From contig CP166615.1 in the NCBI GenBank assembly GCA_041937175.2, positions 352,001 to 416,000 on the forward strand: DNA of 64,000 nt, written 5' to 3'. The notes below the pieces were generated by a model. The model did not search any database and had not been told where the DNA came from. It saw only the letters and a list, made by a program, of their open reading frames with translations. Shown here piece by piece: positions 11,064 through 19,171 of the stretch (position 1 is its first letter; each line of letters begins with the position of its first letter). Source of the stretch: Limnothrix sp. BL-A-16 (GTDB lineage Bacteria; Cyanobacteriota; Cyanobacteriia; CACIAM-69d). A program made the position numbers and the translations under genes.

Positions 11064-12257
11064 TTAGCGTGCCGCCCGCACCAGCAGCCCCGTCCCCAAC
11101 GCCCCAACCACCAGCAAAGGCAACCAGGCCGCCACCACTGGAGACAAAAACTCCGTTCGGGCCAAGGCATCCGCCAGGAAAGCCAACAAATAGTAGGCGA
11201 AAATGACCACCACGCTCACACCAAAACTGGTGGCGCGGCCGAGCCGTTGATGGCGACGATTGGCCAGCGCTGAACCCACCAAACCAAAGCCTACGCAAAT
11301 GAAGGGAAATGCGTATTTTTGCTGAATTCGTAGCTCTAGCTTGGTGATTTCTGCTCGCTCACCGCTCTGGCGCAAAATGGCCAAACGTTCTTGCGCTTCA
11401 GCAATGTTCAGCTCATTGGAGAAACGATCGCGCACGGCCAAATCGAGGGGCGTTCGGGGTAGCTGTAACCGTTGTTGTTCAAAACGCAAAATGTCGCGGT
11501 AGGAACCATCGGGAGCTACCAAATAAATGGTGCCGTCCCGAAAATCCCAGGCCCGTTCTTTGGGGTTCCAAACGGCAGATTTGGCGGTGACAATTTGACT
11601 GATGCCCGCTTGGGAGCGATCGATAATCGTCAGGGACAGCATTTGCTTGCCGTCATAGCGTTCGGCATAAAACACACGGCTGAGAATGCTTTTTTTCTCG
11701 CCGTCCGGTTTTTCAACTTCGCTGAATTCCCGATAGAAAATATTTTCTTCGCGGAAAGAGGGTTGGTTATCGTCGGTTCCAAGGGCCCGCTCCAAGATGG
11801 TCGTGGCTTGGTAGTTGGCGGCGGGCACTAATGCTTCGTTAAAAACGAAAGTTAGACCCGTGACAAACAGGCTGAGCACCAAGGCCGGCGCAACAATTCG
11901 ATAAACCCCAATGCCGCAACTGCGCAGGGCCACCAATTCGCTGTCGTTGGACAACCGCCCAAAGGCCATCATGGAGGCCAACAGGGTGGACATGGGGAAA
12001 GACAGCACGATGAAGTAGGGCATTTGCAGCAACATCACCTGCATGGCCAGGTGAATGGGCAATCCTTCTTCTACGACTTTGCGCACGAGGTCAAAAACCG
12101 TGCCTACGGAAACCCCGATCGAGGAGAATGCACCAACCCCAAACAGAAAGGGCATGGCCAATTCCTTGGCCAGGTAACGATCCATCACGCTGATTTGCGG
12201 CAGCCAGTTTTGCCAAGGGGGGGCGGAGGATGGCTGGGGTACGGTGTTGGAGGTCAT
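11064..12257 (-). CDS. LPS export permease LptF/LptG family
   Basis: MDRYLAKE, RLSNDSELVALRSCG, periplasmic beta-rich region, three C-terminal TMs with AAWLP. Confidence 0.92.
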   Translation of the reverse strand: MTSNTVPQPSSAPPWQNWLPQISVMDRYLAKELAMPFLFGVGAFSSIGVSVGTVFDLVRKVVEEGLPIHLAMQVMLLQMPYFIVLSFPMSTLLASMMAFGRLSNDSELVALRSCGIGVYRIVAPALVLSLFVTGLTFVFNEALVPAANYQATTILERALGTDDNQPSFREENIFYREFSEVEKPDGEKKSILSRVFYAERYDGKQMLSLTIIDRSQAGISQIVTAKSAVWNPKERAWDFRDGTIYLVAPDGSYRDILRFEQQRLQLPRTPLDLAVRDRFSNELNIAEAQERLAILRQSGERAEITKLELRIQQKYAFPFICVGFGLVGSALANRRHQRLGRATSFGVSVVVIFAYYLLAFLADALARTEFLSPVVAAWLPLLVVGALGTGLLVRAAR

Positions 12258-12338
12258 AGGGTGTCTGGTCGGGAATAGCGGCTGAGGGGCCCGCGAGAAG
12301 GCGAGGGTTGGAGTGGGGGCTGAGGCAGGAGCGGAACG

Positions 12339-13067
12339 TTAGGGCTGAAATTTGTCACCCAAGTAATATTGCCGCACCAAGGGGTTGCCATACAGCTCGG
12401 TGGCGTTTCCGGAGGCGAGGATCTGGCCTTCCCGCAAAATATAGGCGCGATCGACAATTTCCAGGGTTTCCCGCACATTGTGATCGGTAATCAGGATCCC
12501 CATGCCCCGATCGCGCAGGCCGGCCACGATGCGTTGAATTTCGGCTACCGCGATCGGGTCAATACCCGCAAAGGGTTCATCCAGCAACAGGAACTGGGGC
12601 CCCTCCAATCCCACGGCCAAGGCGCGGGCAATTTCCGTTCGGCGGCGCTCACCCCCGGAAACCTGAATGCCCGGCGTGTGGGCCACTTTCTCCAGCCCAA
12701 AATCTTGCACCAACTGCTGGAGACGACGCTCCTGCATCTCTCGGGGAAGCTTGGCTTGCTGCAACACCAGGCGCAAGTTATCCGCCACACTCAGGTGGCG
12801 AAACACGCTCGGTTCTTGGGCCAGGTAGCCAATGCCGAGGCGGGCCCGTTGGTGAATGGGTTGTTCGGTAATGTCTTGGTCATCAAGCCACACATGGCCG
12901 CTGTCGGGCCGTTCCAACCCTGTGGCCATATAAAAAACGGTGGTTTTGCCAGCGCCGTTTGGCCCCAACAGCCCAACCACCTCCCCCCGTTCCACCGTGA
13001 GGCTAACGCGGTTGACAATTAGACGCTCACCGTAGGCTTTCTGGACGTTTTCAAGAACAATCTTCAA
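12339..13067 (-). CDS. lptB: LPS export ABC ATPase LptB
   Basis: GLLGPNGAGKTT, GYLAQEPSVFR, SGGERRRTEIARAL, LLDEPFAGIDP, ITDHNVRETL, YYLG; probable TTG start at 13067. Confidence 0.95.
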   Translation of the reverse strand: MKIVLENVQKAYGERLIVNRVSLTVERGEVVGLLGPNGAGKTTVFYMATGLERPDSGHVWLDDQDITEQPIHQRARLGIGYLAQEPSVFRHLSVADNLRLVLQQAKLPREMQERRLQQLVQDFGLEKVAHTPGIQVSGGERRRTEIARALAVGLEGPQFLLLDEPFAGIDPIAVAEIQRIVAGLRDRGMGILITDHNVRETLEIVDRAYILREGQILASGNATELYGNPLVRQYYLGDKFQP

Positions 13068-13125
13068 CGGTGTACCCCCACGAAAGGATGCAAGCCGGCC
13101 AGCGGCGATCGAACAGCGGTAAATT

Positions 13126-13686
13126 TTAGGGCGCGGTGGGGGCAAACAGCGAAGGCACGGCCGGCGCGGCAGGCAGTCCCCCCGCCGGCCCCGAAGACGA
13201 AGGCAAGACCGTGGGCGTGGTGGTGTCCAACACTAAGTAGACCGATTCCACTTGGCGGTTGGGCAAGGGCAGCGCGATCGATCGCCCCTCATCGACATAG
13301 TAGGTGACCGTTTCGGCCCGCAGGCTATTGCCGTCTTGCAGCACAAACACATCACCCGACATCACCAAACGGCGTTCGTTGCTGAAATATTGTGCCTGGG
13401 CGGAGGTGGCTTTAAGCATCCGAGCGGGATAGTCCACCTGAACGTTGCCCCGCGCCGTCACAATTCCCGCGATCGAGTTGGCCTCTTGCACGTCGGAAAT
13501 GACCGTCATTGGCTGGCGCACTGGAACCGGCTCCGTGGGGGGCGCTGGCTGGGCGATCGCCTGGGACACCTGCCCAAGTCCTATCGCCGTCGCCATCAGA
13601 CTGGCTCCCATGGCCCGGCGGGCCAGCTTGGCTGCGGCCTTTTGGCTCGATCGAGTTGTGCCCACTGGTTGACCCACCATAGTCAT
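13126..13686 (-). CDS. lptA: LptA/OstA family protein
   Basis: Signal peptide; SDVQEAN..GIVTARGNV, AQAQYFS.ERR, GDV.VLQ.GN; directly upstream of lptB. Confidence 0.85.
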   Translation of the reverse strand: MTMVGQPVGTTRSSQKAAAKLARRAMGASLMATAIGLGQVSQAIAQPAPPTEPVPVRQPMTVISDVQEANSIAGIVTARGNVQVDYPARMLKATSAQAQYFSNERRLVMSGDVFVLQDGNSLRAETVTYYVDEGRSIALPLPNRQVESVYLVLDTTTPTVLPSSSGPAGGLPAAPAVPSLFAPTAP

Positions 13687-14221
13687 TGGTTCAAAAACGA
13701 AGGTTTAAAGGCAAAGAAGAGACGGCTAATGCTAAAGATGGCTCACTCAACGATCGCCCAGTAGCCCACGGAGCAACTGATGAGTTCGATGGAGTTCGCT
13801 CGATCGAAGTTTCAGAGCGTTTCAGGGGGCTGCTGCTTCAGTGGTCTATTGAATTTGGCAACAGACCAGAGACAACCCACATTAACCCAAGAGGGGAGAT
13901 CACCCGACGGCGATCGCGCAGCATTGAAGTTCGCAGCGTTGAGATTAATCGAGATCATAGGATCGCCCCAGATAGTTTAGCGAACGCTTGCAACGTCAAC
14001 CGTTCGTCATTGCCCATTTGCCAAACGGTGGTGGCGGCCCATGCCTTAAAGGGTTGTGCTGTCGTTCATTTCGCCCTTGCCTCCCTGCCTCAGAACTCTA
14101 AAGATTCAGAATCGATCGCCCCGGTTCCCACTGAAGGCTGAATACGTCCGGCGATCGTTGTCTGTAGTTTGTCTGTGGTTGTTGCTGGTGGTTCTGGGGA
14201 ATTTGCTGTTGATTACCCTGA

Positions 14222-14352
14222 GAGGGTGTCTAAAAAGTATCTTTTGGCACGGGTCAAGCACCAATAGTTGTGGGGGCAAGGGGCTTAAACCCCTTGTCTA
14301 TGTCGATCACTAGGGCCTACTGAGTAGCAGTTTTGGCTTTTCAAACGGACTC
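14222..14352. mobile_element. MITE family A copy (131 bp)
   Basis: Left end GAGGGTGTCTAAAAAG, palindrome 14277-14296 (1 mismatch), 3-bp direct repeat TGA/TGA. Confidence 0.8.
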
Positions 14353-14523
14353 TGACAGATAATCAGTGAATGACCTGAAAATTATCTGCGCGTTATCTAT
14401 GAGTTGTTGTCTACGAATTGCTATTTATAGATTGCAATTTTTAGGTTGTTTTCTGTTATTTTCTGATGATCGTTTTTTAAGTTTTCTAATGGATTTTTCT
14501 AAGTACTAAATAATTGATGATGC

Positions 14524-14787
14524 TTATTGATTTCGCTCCCGTCCCCGATCGATCCGAAATAACCAAACCATCAACGCCACCACACCCGCTTGCAGTGCCA
14601 AATTAGGCAACACGTCCGCCGGGTTTTCGCCTGCTAGCAGTTTCAGCAAAAAAATGAACCCACCCAGCGCTCCCGAAGCAGCAAAAGCACCATAGAACAA
14701 GCGCCGAAGACCTCGATAGGGAGCGGCGGCTTCTGCTCGCAGTCGAGCCATGGTTTCTGCATCTAGTGGGCGAGGACGATTGGCCAT
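14524..14787 (-). CDS. DUF3493-like small membrane protein
   Basis: LRAEAAAPYRGLRR.FY..F.ASG motif, two TM helices. Confidence 0.8.
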   Translation of the reverse strand: MANRPRPLDAETMARLRAEAAAPYRGLRRLFYGAFAASGALGGFIFLLKLLAGENPADVLPNLALQAGVVALMVWLFRIDRGRERNQ

Positions 14788-15407
14788 GTTGGGGAATTGC
14801 CTGATGAAATTGGTGTCAGCCTGGAGCGTTTGAGCGGCTTTGGGCGGCCATTCGATTATTTTATCACCAGGTCACTCGATCGCCTGATGGAATGGCTTGC
14901 AGGATTGTGTGGGCTAGAAATTTTTCTAATCATTAGCTTGATCTGTTAAGGATCACCTGGTGAAGGATTCTTCATCAAAGTATCTTTTGATCAATCTTGA
15001 TGGTTGCTTTCTTCGATTAACCTCTGAGGCTGATCTTATAGTTGATTCTGTGTTCGATTAATTAAAATCAAACTTGATTAATCATTGACCGATGATCGCG
15101 ATTCCAGGAATTGATCTGGAGTATCTAACTCTATTTTTTGATGCTTAGTTTAAGGCGATCGGGTTAACCCGGTTCTGATGAATTATCTAGGCTGTCATGA
15201 TTTGGTGAATATTGCTCGGTGGCTATAACTCCACGCAAATCATCAGGAACAGGAATGGGTTGACGGGTTCATTCAGCCCAGGACGAAAACAACTAGCTGC
15301 GATCGCGTTGTTGGAGTTTGGCGATCGGCTGAGGTTCAGATGATCCAAAACAGTCATCGCCCAAGATAGCCAGCGCCGTTCAATCCAAGGAATCGGCCAT
15401 CGGTTGT

Positions 15408-15538
15408 GAGGGTATCTGAATAGCCTAGATTTCTACCTTTCGGGTCTTACCAACCGATGAAGACAATGGGCTTAAGCCCCTTGCCCTAACGACGATTAGT
15501 GCTTGATCGGTGTCAAAAAATACTGTTCAGACAGCCTC
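15408..15538. mobile_element. MITE family A copy (131 bp), inverted relative to the 14222 and 17346 copies
   Basis: Ends GAGGGTATCTGAA...TTCAGACAGCCTC, palindrome 15464-15483 (1 mismatch). Confidence 0.78.
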
Positions 15539-15617
15539 TGACAGCAATTCCAATCCCTTGGCGAAGTTACCTGGAAAAGGCTTTCAGAAAGCACTTCAGT
15601 AAGAATATGCTATGCTT

Positions 15618-15691
15618 ACTGAAACTAATTCTCAAAGATCTAAATACTCCTCAACCTTAAAGCAGTTCGCTTATTGAGAAATCTTTGAGTT
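15618..15691. promoter_or_regulatory. Two candidate Fur-type boxes upstream of the pentapeptide/TonB-like gene pair
   Basis: actgaaactaattctcaaa (15618-15636) and attgagaaatctttgagtt (15673-15691); the latter shares its first 13 nt with the box upstream of futA. Confidence 0.55.
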
Positions 15692-15726
15692 AAAACGGTT
15701 TTGGAAACACTTTCACGACTTCGGGT

Positions 15727-16314
15727 TTGGGCATGGGGCTTGGCATCAGAGGGGCGATTGTGGGCGATCGCGCGGCAACCGGTAAGAGGGAGCGTTCATT
15801 GAAATGGGAACTTAGGGGCGCGATCGGGCGCGGAATGTTGCTCACGGTTTCGATCGCCCTTGGGCTGACCCTGAGCGGTTGCCCCACCCAGCCCACGGCC
15901 CAGCGATCGCCCGGAAACCCCAAGGACTGCCCGAGGTGTGATTTTGCGGGCAAGGATCTGAGCAATCAGGACTTTGCCGGGGCGAACCTGAATGGAGCCA
16001 GCTTTCAAAAGGCCAATTTGACCGGAGCGAACCTGAGCCAGGCCAAGTTGGACGGGGCCAATTTTCAGCAAGCGAATTTAACCGGGGCCGACCTGAGCCA
16101 GGCGGGCATGAACCAGGCCAAGCTGACGGGGGCAAACCTCAGCGAAGCCCGGCTCACCAAAACCTATCTCCGGGGGGCCGACTTGACCCAAGCCAAGCTG
16201 ATGGGGGCTGACTTGAGCGGTGCAGATTTGCTGAACGCCAGCCCCTCCAAGCTTGATCTCAACGGGGTCAAAACCCTGGGCACAACCTTGCCGGATGGGA
16301 GCCAAGGAAAATGA
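15727..16314 (+). CDS. Pentapeptide-repeat lipoprotein (start uncertain)
   Basis: Lipobox LSGC, CPRC motif, A[N/D]LxX pentapeptide repeats, terminal TLPDG; stop overlaps the next start (ATGA). Confidence 0.9.
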   Translation: MGMGLGIRGAIVGDRAATGKRERSLKWELRGAIGRGMLLTVSIALGLTLSGCPTQPTAQRSPGNPKDCPRCDFAGKDLSNQDFAGANLNGASFQKANLTGANLSQAKLDGANFQQANLTGADLSQAGMNQAKLTGANLSEARLTKTYLRGADLTQAKLMGADLSGADLLNASPSKLDLNGVKTLGTTLPDGSQGK

Positions 16315-17317
16315 GCAGTAACCTTCCGGTTTCCGATCAGGCCTTGGTGACTGTGCGTTCAGAAGAAGTTCCCAGGACTGCTCGATCGGCGATCGTGGAG
16401 AACCAGGGGCCCGACGCAGGGGCGATCGACCCGATGGAGGAATCCCCGCCTAGCCATTCCCCAACCAGAAACCCATTACCCAGCAGCACATCGCAAAAAA
16501 ACGCACCCCCAAGGCGAGGGCCCGAGTTAGGGGACTGGTCTCCCAGTGCCAAAATCAGCCTTTGGGGGGCCATGGGCCTGGGCGTGGTGGTGTCCGTGGT
16601 GCTCCATGGGGTGGTGTTGTTGCTGCCAATGCCCAAGGAGTCGGACAAGGTGGCTTTGCCCCTGAGCGCCCAAGAGGCCCCCATTCGGGTCACCAATTTG
16701 CCGAAAACCACCCCGGCTCGATCGACCCCTTCCCCCAGCCCCGCGCGATCGACCCCGCCCAACGCCGGGCCGATCGGGCCGCAACCCCAAAACCGAAACC
16801 GAACGTTAATCAGCCCAATCGGGTGGTGGTTCCCAAGCCCCAAACCGCCAAACCATCCCCGGCTCCGTCGGCAGCACCCAGCCCAACCCCTAATCCCACG
16901 CCTAGCCCCACGCCCAGCCCCAGTCCTAGCCCCGAACCTAGCCCCACGCCCCAAGGTTTACCGGCTTTGGCGGGGTTGAATGCTGGCGGGGCCGCTTGTG
17001 CCCCCGATCGCCCCGATGGGTGCTATTCCCTGCCGGAAAATCTCAGTATTCACAGCGTCACACCAGAGGTGATCCAAAATTCCCTGGGACCCGATGTGAC
17101 GGTGGCAGAAATTCCCACCATCTACGAAAACACGGAACAGGCTCGGGAATTTGTGGTGTCGGATCCCCGTCGCGATTCAGCCGATCAAGTGGTGGGCTAT
17201 TACTACGTGATTTCCACTCAGGTTCGCGGTCAGGTGGGGGCCATCGTTGTCGGCAGCCGCGATCGACTGCTATCCCTGGACGCTATCCAAGCGGCGGCAG
17301 GTGCGGAAATTAATTAA
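16311..17317 (+). pseudogene. Frameshifted TonB-like membrane protein, paralog of 51799-52983
   Basis: Frame starting 16311 gives the TM VVVSVVLHGVVLLL and IRVTNLP. The Pro-rich linker (PKPKP..PSPTPSP) and C-terminal domain continue in the frame of ORF 16562-17317. The switch lies at about 16740-16795. Confidence 0.7.
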
Positions 17318-17345
17318 AACGAGATGCTTGAAAAGAGACTCCTTA

Positions 17346-17476
17346 GAGGATGTCTGAGAAGTATCTTTCAGTACGGGCTAAAGACTAATTGTCGTAGGAA
17401 CAAGGGGCTTAAGCCCCTTGTCTACATCGATCTCTGGGGCGTACAGCGTAGCAATTTTGGCTTTTCAGACATCCTC
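17346..17476. mobile_element. MITE family A copy, best conserved (131 bp)
   Basis: Perfect 12-bp TIR GAGGATGTCTGA/TCAGACATCCTC, direct repeat TTA/TTA, perfect palindrome CAAGGGGCTTAAGCCCCTTG at 17401-17420. Confidence 0.88.
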
Positions 17477-17479
17477 TTA

Positions 17480-17650
17480 GACCTCCTGTCCGAATCAGCT
17501 AACAGCCCTCATCCCCCAACCCCTTCTCCCAAGGAGGGCGAAGGGGAGCCAGAAATAGGAAGTTACGGCAATTTTTTTGTTAGTCGTCAAGTCCCTCTCC
17601 CGACTTGGGAGAGGGATTTAGGGTGAGGGTCTTGATTGATGCAAGAGGTC
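17480..17650. mobile_element. MITE family C: TA-flanked element containing an inverted pair of REP-like hairpins
   Basis: TA|GACCTCCTG...CAAGAGGTC|TA; internal ccctcatcccccaaccccttctccc..gggcgaagggga (17506-17547) and tccctctccc..gggagagggatttagggtgaggg (17592-17629). Confidence 0.75.
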
Positions 17651-17795
17651 TATTGAATAATCCCTATCCATCCAAAATTGCCATGAAAAATTCCCAAGTC
17701 GAGATGTAACCTCGCTTGGGATAGATGCTTGCTGAACATAGACAGTGAAACACCGTGGGCCGATCGCACAATCAGCCCCCGCTTGCCAATTGGCC

Positions 17796-18854
17796 CTAGC
17801 GCCAACCGGCCCGATCCATCAGTCGGAGGGCGCGATCGTTGTTGCCCCCAAACTCATTGGCACTGGCGCTAGAAGACTTGAACTGTCCAAAGCTAGACAG
17901 GGTGGGATCCAGGGCCACGCCGGACAACACCGGATATTCGTAGCCACTGCGGGCAAAGAGTTCCTGGGCCTTTTGGGTTGCCAAAAAGTCAAGGAACTTC
18001 GCGGCTGCTTCCGGGTTCTTGGCGGTTTTAATCACCCCGCCACCGCTGATGTTGACGTGAGTGCCGCGCCCCTGTTGATTAGGGAAGAACACGCCCACTT
18101 TGGCAGCGATTTCCCGTTCAGCGGCATCTTTGGAATTGACCAAACGGGGCAGGTAATAGGTATTGGCGATCGCGATCGACCCTTGACCCGCTGCACAGGC
18201 CTTGATCTGAGCCGTATCGTTGCCTTCCGGGGGCCGAGCGAAGTTCGCCACCAGGCCGCGCACCCAGGTTTCCGTGGTGGGTTCGCCCAACGCGCCCACC
18301 AGCTCACCGACTAGGGATTGGTTATAGACATGGCTCGAAGTCCGCACCAGAATCTTGCCGCGCCAACGGCTATCGGCCAAAGCTTCGTAGGTGGAGAGGT
18401 CTGCGGGGTTCACCAGGTCTTTGTTGTACATGATCACGCGGGCCCGCTTAGACAGGGCGAACCAGTGACCATTGGGGTGACGCAGGTTGCTGGGAACCGC
18501 CCGATAGAGGTTGGGGGCAGCGCTTTGGGACAGAGGACGGAACAGGCCGGCCTTGTCGGCTAACCAAAGGCGACCGGCATCTACGGTAATCAGAACATCG
18601 GCGGGACTGTTGACCCCTTCCGATTGGATGCGCTCGATTAGGGCATCGGCGCTGCCTTCCACCAGGTTGACTTTGATGCCGGTGGCTTGGGTAAAGGCTT
18701 CATACAGTTGGCGATCGCTGTCGTAGTGGCGACCGGAGTACAGGTTCACTTCCCCTGCACCTTGGGCGTTGGCCCGATTCACGCCGCTCAGGGCCACGGT
18801 GGCTAGGGCTGATCCCCCTGCCAAGAACACCCGCCGAGTCAGTTTACTCGTCAT
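17796..18854 (-). CDS. futA: Fe(III) ABC transporter substrate-binding protein, Tat-exported
   Basis: TRRVFL Tat motif, [43 protein letters not shown]. Confidence 0.94.
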   Translation of the reverse strand: MTSKLTRRVFLAGGSALATVALSGVNRANAQGAGEVNLYSGRHYDSDRQLYEAFTQATGIKVNLVEGSADALIERIQSEGVNSPADVLITVDAGRLWLADKAGLFRPLSQSAAPNLYRAVPSNLRHPNGHWFALSKRARVIMYNKDLVNPADLSTYEALADSRWRGKILVRTSSHVYNQSLVGELVGALGEPTTETWVRGLVANFARPPEGNDTAQIKACAAGQGSIAIANTYYLPRLVNSKDAAEREIAAKVGVFFPNQQGRGTHVNISGGGVIKTAKNPEAAAKFLDFLATQKAQELFARSGYEYPVLSGVALDPTLSSFGQFKSSSASANEFGGNNDRALRLMDRAGWR

Positions 18855-18911
18855 TTTTCGCTCTTAGGAATGCAGTAATTGAATTTTGGGTGGCGAAAGC
18901 AGTATATCAAT

Positions 18912-18930
18912 ATTGAGAAATCTTCTCAAA
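18912..18930. promoter_or_regulatory. Probable Fur box upstream of futA
   Basis: Perfect inverted repeat TTGAGAA-N3-TTCTCAA about 60 bp upstream of an iron-uptake gene. Confidence 0.7.
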
Positions 18931-19171
18931 ATTCTCTGGAATTTTTCCCAAGGACTCTCCGAATGGCTCGAAAAATCTTGAGGTGGCTTTTGGGACTGTC
19001 CTCGGTGGCGGGCACGGTGTTTGGGGGGAGAGCCAGTGGGGAAGTGGCGGGCGATCGAGCCGGGGCTGCATAAGGAAACGCCCGGCCCATCGAAAAGATG
19101 GCCAGGCGCTTTTAAGGTTTCAAAAGGATCGATCGAAGTTTTGGGGAATGGGTGGAAATGCGCGACCGTCT

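Noticed and set aside
14790..15400. AT-rich 600-bp intergenic stretch with small hairpins as an ncRNA or riboswitch
   Set aside because: No RNA family motif I can recognise; it needs an Rfam scan or RNA-seq.
16770..16800. Programmed -1 ribosomal frameshift at gcaaccccaaaac
   Set aside because: No in-frame X XXY YYZ heptamer and no obvious stimulatory hairpin; an indel is more parsimonious.
17324..17626. Short ORFs containing LRGCL...KGLKPLV (also 7087, 9329, 14056, 27294, 28898, 36525)
   Set aside because: These are translations of the MITE TIR and palindrome, not a protein family.
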